NCBI RefSeq assembly: GCF_006345805.1
Contig: NW_021836178.1
Span: 124,001-188,000 of the forward strand
Reading direction: 5' to 3'
Source: Octopus sinensis
Taxonomy: Eukaryota
Length of the DNA stretch: 64,000 nt
Below, piece by piece: positions 13,237-26,416 of this stretch. The notes under the pieces were generated by a model. That model was not told where the DNA came from, made no database searches, and worked only from the letters and a program-made list of their open reading frames with translations. Made by a program: the position numbers and the translations under genes. Position 1 is the stretch's first letter; the number at the start of each line of letters is the position of its first letter.

Positions 13237-15037
13237 CAGTAGACTATTCATTTAACGAAAATGAAAATTGAGCATTCGTTAAATGAATTTAACGAAAAAA
13301 ATTGTTTAATTAAAAATGTGTCATGTAATCGGTAATTTTAGGTTCCTTCTTTTTAATTTTTGCCAATATAATTCTCAAATTTGTAATTAGGTGAATATGT
13401 TCACCAGATTCTTGTAAAAAATATTTTTCAATATTTTCCAAATATTTAAGTGCATCTGCATAACCAATGGGATTGTCATTTGTGCTATCTATTTCTTCAT
13501 GCTCATTTTCTTCCTCACATTGTATTGTATCAAGATACGCGTTTTCTTCGCAGACGACAGGTGCACAGACAGGAAACTCAATCATAATTTCACTTTTATT
13601 ATCTCTAATTGTAAGGTGATTTAAATTTAATACCTTTTCGTCAGTGGATTCTTCAAGTATTTTTTCATCTATCTTCGCCCAATTATTTAATGCCTTGTTA
13701 AAGCAATTTTTGATAGTGTCCACTGTGACTTCGTTCCAAGCCTCAATAATTAAAGGTAGAGCATACACTAATTTGAATTTGGTAAGTTCATCTGTATATG
13801 ACAATGTTCCTATATTTGTTCCCATACTCAAATTTCTAGTCATTCCTTTTTTATACAACGATTTAAATGAATGCACAATCCCTTGATCAATTGGTTGAAT
13901 CTTAGATGTTTCTTTGGAGGAAGAAAATACAATTCGATATTACTGAATTCGCCATCAAAATAGTGAACTGGCGCATTATCTAAAAGAAGCAAAATCTTTC
14001 TATTTTCCACACTCATTTTGGAATTTAACCGTTCAACCCAGTTTTTAAAAATTAAACTGGTCATCCAAGATTTATTGCTATTTGCATATTGAATCCCAAG
14101 ATTATTCATATTAATATTTTTAAAACCATGAGGATTTTTGAATTTTCCGATTACCAACGGATGCTCTTTATCTCCTTCCATATTTGTGCATAATAACAGT
14201 GTTATTCGTTCTTTAGAAAATTTTCCTGAAGCCCTTGATTCGGAGTCAAGAACTAATGTTTTTTTTGGAGTACATTTGAAAAAAAGGGCAGTTTCATCGC
14301 AGTTGTAAAAATTTTTCGATCCATATTTTTTTAACATGGCTGCAAAGCGTTCATATGAATCTATAAGCAAAACGGGATCCACTAATTGTTCTCCAGAAAT
14401 CGTGAGTGTTTTTATTTTATACTCTTTCTTAAAGCGTGAAATCCATGGGTGAGATGCTTTGAAATTTTCAATATAAAATCGTTGAGCAATTTTGAGTGCC
14501 ATTTCGCGTACCATTACATTAGTTATGGTGTGATTACAGAAACGTTTGTTCTGAATCCATGCATATAATGGTTCATATATCTTATCAGTACAACTTTTAA
14601 ATGTAATATTCTTTTTTTGTTTGTGACGCCTTGATCCATACAATTGCATTTTCTTCAACGTTGAATTGATCACTCCAATAGGCATATTAAACCGCTGAGC
14701 CAAATTTTCTTGAGTAACAGCAGGATTATTATTCTTGAAATCAATAACTTCCAGTTTTTGTTGAATTTGATAAGTTTTTCTTTTTTTCTTCATATTGTTC
14801 ACCCTTGCACACATGGTTTACTACAAAGAAATAGCGAGGAAAAATTATTTTAAAATTTTATCAAAAATTTTAATTTTCGTTATTTAAATATTCGTTAAAT
14901 ATATTTAAATATTCACTAATACAAAGAAAAAAAATTTTATTTTTGAATTTATCTAAGGAAAAACGTAAAAAAATATTTGACTTTCGTAAAATGAATATTT
15001 TCGTTAAATTTTTTTTCGTTAAATGGATAGTCTACTG
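13237..15037 (-). mobile_element. Tigger/pogo transposon, full length, probably intact
   Basis: TIRs CAGTAGACTATTCATTTAACGAA / TTCGTTAAATGGATAGTCTACTG, TA TSD; HTH + CDETALF, LLDNAP, QPIDQG; one frameshift; empty site in copy 2 at ~32720. Confidence 0.95.
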
Positions 15038-15096
15038 TATTAAATAAATTATTTATACCCAACTTGTTGGTGCCTTCTTGTGATAAATTTAGACCA

Positions 15097-15570
15097 ATGG
15101 ACGATGCTGAAATTCAAGACTGGGCATTCGACTGGTGTCGATACAAAATTATACTCAATTCCATATTTTTTGACAATTGTTGAGTCTTCTCCAGGCAATC
15201 CACCACTCTAATATCTCAGAGACTCAAAAGAGTACACCGAATTCTGGAAATTTCTGGAAAAATGCTGCAGATTTCGCTCACATCGAACAGAAGCCTCCAA
15301 AGGTAACCAAAACTCAAATCAAGTCATCCTGGTGGCCGGGGACACGGGTTGTGGGAAATCCACGCAGGTCCCGCAGTATTTGATGGAGAGTGGATACAAC
15401 AAAATTGCGTGCACACAACCCCGGAGAATTGCCTGTGTTTCTCTAAGCAAGCGAGTGGCTTTTGTGACATTCAACCAACATGGAACAAGCATAGGCTTTC
15501 AGGTCAGATTTGAACGAAACAAGTCAAAAGCGACCAAAATATTGTTCATAACAGAAGGATTATATAATTG
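15097..15570 (+). pseudogene. DHX34: 5' fragment of DEAH helicase DHX34-like, copy 1
   Basis: EFWKFLEK N-terminal motif, [38 protein letters not shown]; internally deleted and 3'-truncated. Confidence 0.8.
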
Positions 15571-16170
15571 ACGAGGCAGTCATTTCAGACTAAATCGCTC
15601 TTCTGGCCTTCCGATGTTGCCAGACTGAGGAGGATACTCAGCGAGACAGGGAGTACTGCTCTATTCGTGAACTGCCGAACACTCAAAACCCAGCAAATCA
15701 AATTTATTTGCCAAAATTTGTTTACGATCGGTGTCCTTGATTTACGCTATTTAATCAGATGGGCCATCATTGAGCATAAAAATGTATCAAAAATGTCAAA
15801 AAACTCGTGAAAAGGAATAAGAATGTGCAGACCAGTAGAGCGGCCTCCAGATTGCTGAATATTTACATGATTGGCTACACAAATGCAGGCACCCTATCTT
15901 CACATTTACCCAAATCGAAGTGGCAAACAAGTTTGAATCTCAAAACATTGAGTTAAGGTGTCCAAAAAGAGTTGATTAAGTTTAGGTAGATAAGAATCAG
16001 GTGTAAATTCATTAATATTTAATAATTACGATTTAACACTCTAAACAAACCGGAAATGACGTCGTTTTAATAAAAAAGACGTAAATTTGCAAAAATTGTT
16101 GTAATTTACGTTTCCACTAACAATATAAATACATGTTTTGCGTTCCGCGGATGATAAATACTACTTTGAA

Positions 16171-17556
16171 ATGAAGACTTGTTTGTATCAATTTCTCATT
16201 GAAAATTTAAACAAAAAGTGCCCTTATCTTTCCGTGTCCAACCTTCTGGAACTTGAAAAGAAGTCAAGAATGGCAAACGACTCAGAATCGACAGCCCGTA
16301 TATTAGTAGAAATAGCGTCAATCCACCAAAAAAGAGGGGAATGGAACGGACTGTGTGACATAATCCCCGTTTTGTGTCGAAAGAGAGCCCAATTCAAACA
16401 AGCACAACACGCCCTAATAAAAGAAGTCTTTGAATATGTGGACAAAACCCCCAATACTGAAACAAAAGTCAGACTAATCGAGACTCTGCTGCAAGTGAGT
16501 GAAGGAAAGGTTGAATAATCCCAACTTTGGCAGATCTTTGCAGAAGTGGAGAGAGCAAGACTGACAATGATGCTGTGTAAAATAAAGCAGCAGAAGGGGG
16601 ACGCAGAGGGAGCCTATGACCTTATGATTCCTGTCCAAGTGGAGACCTTCACTTCTCTCGATAAGCATGAAATGAATCTCTTCATCCTCGAACAGATGCA
16701 GCTCTGTCTTAGTCTTTCCAAATATGACAGGGCGGCCATCATCGGGAGGAAAATAGTCCCCTCCAATCTCGAACCAGTTTATTGTTGGTTTTTTGACTGA
16801 CCAGGATTGGCGGTCGTTGTTTTATACATATATGATTTCGATTGAAAAGCACGTCTGTAACTACCTTGAGGTGGCCAAATATTATTTGGCTATTCTGGAA
16901 GCGATCCCTCAGTTGGAATGGAGAAAGGTCTCCGCTGTGGTTTAATAGAGCAGACTCTGGCCAATGCAGTGAATTACGCAATATTGGCCCCACATTGTCC
17001 TCAACAAGTCGAGGTTCTCCATCAAATCAGCTCAATCAGAAGACTTGACTTGCTTGTTGAGCATAAGTTTGTTTGGATTGTCAGTTTGTGAGGAATATTC
17101 TTCAAGTTTTTATTGAGGCTGAGATTGTCGGCTCAGAACAGTTTTTTGCCAGGTTTTCAGACCTGTTCTGGGAGGATCCTCTGTCTTCGGGTACGTTTGG
17201 GTGTGGGGACGTGGAGTTAGAGCAGTTGAGGATTCGGATAATCGAGCATGTTGGTGTTGGTTTGAGTATTAGAGAACATGTGGGTGATAGCCAAGTCGTA
17301 TGGCTGTATTACCATGTCTCGGGCTGCCCAGTTGTTGCAGTTGTCGGAGGACGAGACTGAGAAGCATTTGTCCAAGTTTGTGGTCGATGGGAGAACATGG
17401 GCGAGGATTGACCGGATTAAGAGAGTCGTCAATTTTAGAAAAGTGGAGAAGTATGAGGAGACGTTGGACAGATTGTCATCCACAACTGAACGTCTTATGA
17501 TGAATGTGTCCAAAGTTGTTCATCTCATTAACAAGGAGGCACTCAAAGCTCTCTGA
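16171..17556 (+). CDS. PSMD12: 26S proteasome lid subunit Rpn5 with its N-terminus replaced by 21 ETS-like residues
   Basis: LLELEKKSR, EGK|IFAEVERARLT, VETFTS, FILEQMQLCL, AILAP, RIIEH|N, WARIDR; introns of 24, 28, 23/26, 26 and 25 nt. Confidence 0.9.
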
Positions 17557-17771
17557 TTTTTCCTTGTTTCCTAATAATTTGGGCTGTTCTTGTAGTTGTT
17601 ATTCAAATAATTAACAATTTTATGTTAGGAGCTGTGTGTATTTCAACTAGTTATTTTACAAGACAACTAATGTCCACTGTTGTCAATAATCACGTAACTA
17701 AGTTGAAAGATGTTTTTAGATACTGATTAAATTTAAAGATTAATTAGGGGTAGCCCAGGGTTGGGTTAGAT

Positions 17772-18596
17772 CAGGGGTGTCAAACTCATCTCGCTTCAAG
17801 TTTATAATAATTTTTCATTAAGGAAAGATTATTTATTTTAGTCAAAAACCAAAAAAAAGAAATCTAAATATTTAATCACCATATTTTACTCGTGCTTAGA
17901 TTTACTTACGGGTGATTGATGTCTTTTTCCAATTCAATTTTTTGATACGTGGGTTCATTCAAAAATTCAAATTTTAATCGCTCTTTCAAATGCGAAAACA
18001 TTTCATTGATATGTTCGGTAACTGCATTTCTGGTCAAAGAAATCTCTTTAAACAAATGCGAATTATCAAGCTGTTTTCACAAGACATTGTTTGATGAAAT
18101 CACCATCACAATATGATTTCCCATTCATTGCAAGCATTCTGTTGATTTCATAACTTTGCAGTAACTGATGCATCGATTGTGATTTTTTGTGAAATCAGCC
18201 TATGACGAAATCAGATTATTTCGTAATTCATTAAGTTTTAAAACATGCGTTGGGCCTTTTGGTTAATAAACAATTTGGTACCTTCGAAATAATTGTATAA
18301 TGTATGATTGGAATTTTAATGCTTACTTAAGTTTTATTCTTTGGTATAGGGATTAACTGGTTACATATCCAAGTATTTTTACATCAATTTTTATACAAAA
18401 ATAGAGAAGTTCCCATTTTGTTGAAACACTCTTTTCATCTTTCAAAAACCGTTTTTAGTTCCAGAAAAAATACGTGACATTGTCAAAAAGATTTACAATA
18501 AACTAATTATTTAAAAAATAATTAAAAATATCTTACATATTAAAGGCCCGCAGGTCGCACCTATACATGCAAAGGGCCGAATGTTTGACACCCCTT
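17772..18596 (-). mobile_element. Internally deleted Charlie/SPIN-like hAT
   Basis: CAGGGGTGTCAAAC ... GTTTGACACCCC ends; internal sequence homologous to 46850-47200. Confidence 0.85.
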
Positions 18597-19491
18597 AAGT
18601 AGGAGAATCAAAATTATTTACATATTGAGTGATTTACTTAAATTTGATCATAAATGATTTTCAAACATAACGATGTCATTAAAACAAAATTTGGTCGTAA
18701 TTAAAACTTTTTATATTTATTTGTAAAAATTGGAAAAATCAACCCTGACCCGATTCTTACCGACAATCGACTGGGTTAAAGCCCATTGGTATCGTCACCA
18801 ATTCTCAGTAATCTTCCAAACAATGTATATGTTACGGGCAAAGTCATTAATCCGGAGAATTATGTTAATTCCCGGGAATTAATGTTAATTTAATCTAGAA
18901 AACTCGTTATTTAATCTTATTCTCTTGTTATAAGTGTATTAGTTAGATTTAGATGTCTGGATTTGAAATTCAAGAATCTCTTTTTTACCAAAAATTTTGA
19001 AAATTAATCGAAAAAATCAAATTTTTATATCACTGAATATTGAAATTTTTTTACAGAAAATGGAGAAAATAAAAACAAAACTAACTAAAAAAACTCCGAG
19101 ACAATATCAATGGCCACTTCGTTATGACGCATTACAAATTTCAGAAATTAAAATATTGATTGTGCCCGGATTAATGACTTTTCCCGTAACATATATCCCG
19201 ATCACTCAACCTCAGTCAATTTTAGAGAATCTACCCTGGAATGAAACACCAAACGAAATGTCACTCGTTGGTTGTCTACGACGTTGCAACTCGTTCAAGG
19301 TCGCAGTAGAATCAGAAATCTGTTTGGTTTTGAAAAAGTGTTATATTTTGCCCATTGTAAGTAAAGGACAACAATCGCGACTTGAGTTTCCCGTGACTGA
19401 GTCTCTTTGATTTGTAATTCTATATTGCTGACAACGAACTCAACTACTCCATGCATGTTACGTTACTCTTCGTTAAGCAATTAAAGAGTAT

Positions 19492-19880
19492 AGTATTTAC
19501 CCTCGTATGGGATGTCACCGTTGTGGATACCTTTTCAAAGTTGAGGATCCATTTTTCCGCTGCGAATCCTTGTTCGGCTGCAAACCACGACAAAAAGATG
19601 AAACTACAAAAATATTCTTCCCTCGCGGACCGCTACCGCGTTACGCCAATCGCCCTGGAGACCGCTGGAGCCGCGGGAAAGGAGACCGACTCGTTCCTCA
19701 ATGAGGTCGGGCAGTCCATCGGGAGGAGGCTTAAGGACCCGAGAGAGGACCTCTGGTTTTGCCAGCGCATCGGTCTGGCCATTGTTCGCGGCAACGCACA
19801 CTGCGTCCTTGCCGCTGGCACATAACGCTTTTCTTCTATTTCTGTGATTAGATTATAATAAATTTATAGTTGGGAAAAAA
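19492..19880 (+). mobile_element. 5'-truncated CRE-clade (RLE) retrotransposon with poly(A) and 13-bp TSD
   Basis: LVWDVT, TPIALET.GAAG, QRIGLAIVRGNA; AATTAAAGAGTAT at 19479-19491 and 19881-19893. Confidence 0.85.
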
Positions 19881-20034
19881 AATTAAAGAGTATTGAATAA
19901 CCGCCTCTAATCAACTGAAAACGTGTTCGTACATTCACAATCATTCATTTATCCTTTTCTTTAGCTTTAAATCATCAATAAATAAAACATGATTGTAGAA
20001 TTCCAACAAATCAATATCCAAATATGATTATTAC

Positions 20035-21854
20035 TAGGGCAACCAAAAGTCATTAAAGTCATATAAAAAAAAAAAAAAAAAAAAAAATTGTTAATTTATT
20101 ATTTCCATCATTTTAAATTATTATTATATTTTTATTTACTTTCGATGTAGTTTTATAGGTCATTAATGTCATATTTTTTTCATAAGGTTATATTTTTTCC
20201 ATAAAGTTATATTTTTTTCATTTAGTCATATAATTAAATTTATAAATTAATAATTAAGCACGCTTAAATATATAAACCTAAAAAATTAAATAAAAAAGAA
20301 AATATATAATATAATTAACAAATTACCCAACAAATTCGAAGAGGATGATCACGGGAGACTTTATTGTTTAAAATTTTGTGTTCATGTTAAATATGGAAAA
20401 AGTTTCAACGTTGAATAATATCGCCAAACGTTGAAACACAAAGAGAGATTAGAATCAGGAAAATTTAATGTACAAATGAAGTTGATTTCTAAAGATGTGG
20501 TTTCCGAAGAGTCTTTTGCAATTAGTTTGGTCGAAATGATGACCAAAACAAACATAGAAAAAACCCAACATTCTTTAAAAAAATATGTTTACATTATTGC
20601 TGGGAAAATTGACAACCCAACCAATATTTATTTAATTGACAGTATTTGTGTTGAGACGTGTGATGCAAGTTCAATTTGTCAAACAATTGATGTTACTAAA
20701 AGACGAAAAGTTACATTGATGTTACGAAATTACCAAGTTGAGAGAAAAAACTTTGTTTTGTTGTTAACTGATGTTGAACCGTATATGATGTCAGTCACAA
20801 TTAGCATACGTATATTTTATCCGAATATGATTCACCTTAGTTGTTTCGCCCATTTACTTCATAATTGTGCACTAAAAGTGCGTTCTCACTATCAAGAGAT
20901 CGATTTCTTAATATCATCGATGAAGATTGTGACGCTTAAAAATAAAAGTCGTCAAAAGCTTTTTTCAGAATTTGGTCTACCTCCAGATGTTGTTGTCACA
21001 AGATGGTGCAGCTGGCTTAATGCTGCAACATATTATTCAAAACATTAAAACGAAATCCGAAAGATAGTTTCATCGTTATCGAATTATGGAAAAATTGTTT
21101 TGAATGCAAAGAAGGCGATAAATTCTGATTCACTGGAGCGGAACCTAGCAAACATAGCATTTTACAACTGTCTAAGCAAAGGAATAAAGAAATGTGAAAA
21201 TACTTTTTATACTGTTAAAAATGCTATTCAACGTATTAATTGTATCGACTTTGGGGAAGATCCATGTGAGATTGCACAATATTTAAAAAAAGAACAAATT
21301 CAATACCATGGAATAGCTTTCAACAAGCTAATTTGGGATATTTCCCTCCTGAATTATTCGTGTATTTATGGAAATGTCCGGGAACCACATTATCTGTCAA
21401 AAGAAGTTACTCGATGCTAAATAAACTTTTAACAAAAGGCAGAAACTTCAAGGATGAAAATATTAAACCTTATTTAATGTGTTATTTTAATTCTTAATAA
21501 TATAAAAGTTCCACTAGAACTGACGTAAGGTGAATGATTTATTAACCATGTTTTTCTGGGAAGTACGTGGTTGTTGGTAAAATCCAGCCTCTTGGAAAAT
21601 TTTATTTGAAATTTTGAATTTTTGATTATTTTAATTTACTACAAGTCCAAAAAATTTAAAAATAAGGTTTTTACTAAAAATCTGGTTATTTTAAAATTTT
21701 AGTCCCGATTTTTGGTTTCCGCCAGCCAAAAAGGGCCAAAAGATTGCTGAATTTATCTGGCCATAAAGTCATATTTTCTAATTATAAGGTCAACAAAGTC
21801 ATATTTTTACGGTCACATTTGAATCATTTTAAGGTCATATTTGTGGTTGCCCTA
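20035..21854 (+). mobile_element. hAT-like element (TAGGGCAA TIRs), degenerate transposase
   Basis: TAGGGCAACC / GGTTGCCCTA ends; 8-bp TSD ATTATTAC; CFAHLLHNC and VTRW motifs; related to the 29016 element. Confidence 0.9.
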
Positions 21855-22733
21855 ATTATTACAAATATCATAAACTGGATAGTTTTGTGAATGAGTCGAC
21901 ATTTAACGCAGTTTACAGAAATACATATCTCTTATGATTCAAAATATGAAGCGATCCACGCAGGCAACTAGGGTTAACTTTCAGTTTTGGAGGTTTCCCC
22001 CAAAATATGTTATTATAGCCTCAATCCTTAGGTTTCTTGATAAGAATAGTGTAAATCACAATTTCGAAAATGTACTTTTCCAACAATCAGTAACAACTAC
22101 ATCTAAACAAGGAAAACACAAACTTATAAAAAACAAAAAAGAAATAACTAATCGAAGTAGGCATTATCTCACAAAACCGCTTGAGAAATTTTACAAATAC
22201 GACCTGCCTGCAAACGAACGTTCTGTTTTTAATAAAACAAAAGTACAGAATATTCTCGTAGTCCTGACATGTGATAAAGTTGTCTCAAAGTTCTTTAAAA
22301 ATCACAGATAAGTTATCCATTGAAGAAATAACTAGGTTATGTTAAAGAGGATGATAAAGAGTATGCTTATTGAAAACAGACATGGAATGAAGATAGACTA
22401 CGAAAAGTACGCCTTTCCCGCCAAACAACTTGCGGGAATGGCATGCAGGGTCATCTAGATAGACAAAAGTTAAAAAAAGAACAAGGCAGTTAATAGTTTG
22501 TTCCATATACAAGCGTACGTATAGTCACAACAAATATTTGTAACTATAATTTTAATCACGTTTATTCCTCTATGAATGACTGTTTGACTCTGACGTGGCT
22601 TAAAACGTACCATGACTGTTTGAGCTACATATTCCTATGAGACAATGGATGACCTGAGTTGCCTCAATAAACTGCATAACCACAGCCTTATCAAAGAAAG
22701 CAATAAAGAACAAAAACTAATAGAACTAGGTGA

Positions 22734-23588
22734 CTAAGCCTGTGCCCTCATCTTCTGTTTGTAGACCTTCCTCTCGACCTTCTCACTCAACAAACCACCT
22801 CCCCATTTACTCTTAATCTGCAACATATCACTCCCAATGAACCTCCTCTCCCCGTCGGTTGTACTTGTCCATGTAAACCTCACACAGCTTGGCCACCGTC
22901 TGGGCAGTCTCAGGCAATATCGAATCCACTGCCACCACAGAACAAGTCTTTCTAAAGACCAAAGCCCCCAGGACAGACTTTCCCTTGACAATACAGTAAG
23001 GCACACCCATCCTCCTGCACAACTCAGGCAAATGGATGACCAACTACTCTCATCAACACACACAACCTCCACTGGGTCAACGTCGTGGGCTATCACAACC
23101 AACTTGGCACGTTTCTTCTCCACCAGGGCAGTCACACACCGAACTCCCTGACGGATTTTTGACTCTGCGGGTGTCTTGCTGGAGGGTGGTCTGTACTTCT
23201 TTAGAAGACCCACCAAATCTCGGGCTGGACTGATCAGAAAAGAGTACTTTGTTCGGAGTTTAGAGTGTCGGAGAACTGGTGGATGGCAGGGGGGATTTTT
23301 AAACGTTTTTTGAGAATTGATAGGCGTCTCTGGTGAGTAATGTATTTGGGCCATCGGACGAAATGGGAGAGGTCTCGTTTGGGCTGGATATCCTGACCTG
23401 GCAATTGGAAGTGAAATGTACCTATTCCGAAATTCTTCTTACGCTCCCGGATTAATGGGTGACGTTTGGGCTTCGTCTTCGCCTCCTTCAAAATTTTTGG
23501 TGTTGTAATCTTTTTTGTAGTTTTCTGGAATAAGCTGGTTAGATTTGTAATTATTATGTGGATAATTTAATTTAATACCAACAGGCAT
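22734..23588 (-). CDS. RPL7A: 60S ribosomal protein L7a (eL8)
   Basis: MP|K...KNFGIG|[34 protein letters not shown]; introns 58, 24, 23, 23, 25 nt. Confidence 0.97.
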
Positions 23589-24329
23589 CACAAGAACACT
23601 GAACACGTGCTGAAGGTATCTGTTCAATTATTTGAATATATTTATTAAATTAATCATTTTGTTTTTTGATAATAAACTTTATGTTAAAATATATATGATA
23701 AAAATCGAATCTTTTATTTACATATTTTTAACGTTAGTTAATAACGTTGAATGCACTATCATTTGATTTTTTGTTTCATTTATGCATCAAAGAATAGTTC
23801 ATAGGCTTAAATTTTGTCTATTTTGCCTATTTTGCTCTTCGAGATACATTGAGACCCCCATGGAAGGAATTTGAATAATATTTATACACAAATTAGTTTT
23901 GATTTTCTAACATAGTCTATTAAAAGAGTAGTGAATACACACTTCTTAATGTGATTGAATATATTTTGAGACGTTTTGATTCATTAAATTCCGGAACTTA
24001 GAACATTTTTCTCCAAACATCACTCATTGTAAAAATCGGATTAATCCAACTTTAGTATAGATTTAGAACTTGATTTAAAAAAATAGCTGCTATAAAAAAG
24101 ACTCTCTGTAGAATGGGTAATCTCAACTACTCACTGTTTTATTTAATTAATAAAGGGATATCACCTGTGTGTTAAAATAAGACCAAATAGAGTGATTTTT
24201 GATTAGGAAACATTTACTATTTTCCACAAAAATTGATGTTTATTTTGGTAACTAGATGGATAAAAAACGTGGTCATTCTACTTGTGCTGGATACTGACTT
24301 CTCTATTATCTAAAAAATCAAATTTTTTT

Positions 24330-24720
24330 TAAATAGGTCTCTATTATCTGAAAAAATTGTTGACCATTTCGGTCTGCATCTTTTATCGTGCAGGAGTGCC
24401 GGACTTTTTCCGAGGTACTTGGATGACATCATACGGAGGGCCCTCGACTCGGCGGGATTGCCTTTGGTCCCCGAACCATCGGATCTTGACCGTGATGACG
24501 GGAAACGTCCTGACGGGATGACCCTTTTCTCTTTTGAGGGCGGAAAACGTCTCGTATGGGATATTTTCTGCTTCACACTTAACTTTGTGTGCTTTGAAGG
24601 CTAAATCTGCTGCTAAGAAGGCTGATTATTTAAAGCTGACAAAATATTCCGCCTTTTCGGATTAGTTTTTCGTGATTCCGATAGCGGTGGAGACGTCGGG
24701 TGCTCTTGGTCCAAAGTCAG
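24330..24720 (+). mobile_element. CRE-clade RLE domain fragment
   Basis: [44 protein letters not shown]. Confidence 0.85.
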
Positions 24721-25241
24721 AAAACTTCAGCACAATAAGTCAGATTCCTGAACAGCTTTTTTCATTTAGTTCTATTTCTAGCAGCAAGCAACGTCATGAT
24801 ATGCTAGAGTCATGGTTTTCTTCCACAACCCAAGGAGTCAGTTCGGCTTGGTGTTTGATTAAGGCTGGGAATTAAGATTTTTTGCATTTATCGTTGCCGT
24901 TGTGGGAGGTATTTTTTATGCACGGTTCCAACGGTCGTGTATAAGTGCCGGCAAAATTCTTTGTCCCTAAATCAAGTTGTCCAATAGGCTCTCTGCTTTG
25001 TTGATTTCTCGTCGATACTGCAACCCATTAGGGTCAACAGGTGCGACCGAAAACGCCTGGTTGGAATGAGCATGTACATTTTGATGAAAGCAAGCCTCTC
25101 TTCTGGGACTTTACATGCTCCTAGATTTTTTATAAATCAAATATGATTTATATAATATATTAATTCAGACAAAATAATAATTTTAGTCTGGCTGGCCTAT
25201 AATATTGAAAGATATAAATTTATGTAAATTATTCATCAGTT

Positions 25242-25846
25242 ATGTTATTCGCGTTATATTTGTTCGTGTTTTCTACCTGTGCTGATTTACACAGTGATCT
25301 AGATGAAAAACACTCAAATAATATTGAATTCTATCTCCCGGAGACTGGTATATAAATGTTAAAATAAAATTACACTGCTTGACTTTACGTATTTATTAGG
25401 TCACAAAAATTCAGATGCCCTTTTTGAAGAAATGAATAATTTATTAATTCAAAAAGCTATAGTAAGTCAGTCTTATTTTATTTTAAAAGTTGGAAAAAGT
25501 ATTGGAATTGTCTTTTGATGATTTTATGAACTATGTTCAAAAAGGCGAAATGATTTGGGTTATCTATTTCTGGGACAGGAATTCGGGACAAAATTGCACT
25601 TACATTAAAGACACATTGGAAACTGTGGCCGAAGATGTTAAACCCAAAATCGGAACAGTCGATGTTTCCCAGAACACCACGTATTTCAAACAATTTAAAG
25701 TTGACTTGTTTTGACTATCATGCATTTAGGGAACCATATCCCCAGCAATATTTTTATTCAAAAACGGAAAACACAAAAGATATAGAAAAACACTTTTTAA
25801 GGACAGACCGAATCCATTGATCCAATGGATAAAACGCCAAATTTAA
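25242..25846 (+). CDS. Secreted thioredoxin-fold protein, copy 2
   Basis: Near-identical to 7744-8348. Confidence 0.55.
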
Positions 25847-26416
25847 TAAAGGCTAAACTAACATATTTTAATATGGGGATTTTTTTCTTTGGTTAATAAA
25901 TCGAGTTTAACATTAACGTTATTTTTAATTTGAATGACAACTGCGAATACTCTGTTTTAAAGACACAATTATATTCATTTAATAGGGAATAATTATCCTT
26001 TAACAAAGGAACTGTCATAAACGTTAAATTCTCAAACCATCGTTTATTTTGATAAAAAAGTAGCTTGCAATTGATTATTGATTGGCATTTAGAAAACGAT
26101 TTCATAAGCAACAAAGCACAAGACTATATTCACGTGTAAGTCGTGACTTGTCGACAAAATAGGATTTTGGGTTAATAAAAGAGGTTGAAATGACCTACAT
26201 CAAATAAGTCAGTAAATTGAATTTATTCATTTTCAATCAGCTTCTTTTCTCAGTTAATGTCTCGATACAGAATCCAGGGAATCGCCGGTTAGAACGACAA
26301 GACAAATTGAAAACTAACCAGATATGTTAATAGGAGTGTTAGTTCAGAGAGTGAGATCACATAACAAACACATTGGTAGGTTTAGAGTAGTTGGTGGGGA
26401 TGATTGACCTATCCAG

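Larger units (their letters stand above)
7281..16232 (+). repeat. Segmental duplication, copy 1 (partner 24756-33868)
   Basis: Near-identical colinear sequence from CTTTTTTCATTTAGTTC to CCTTATCTTTC, apart from TE insertions and small indels. Confidence 0.95.
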
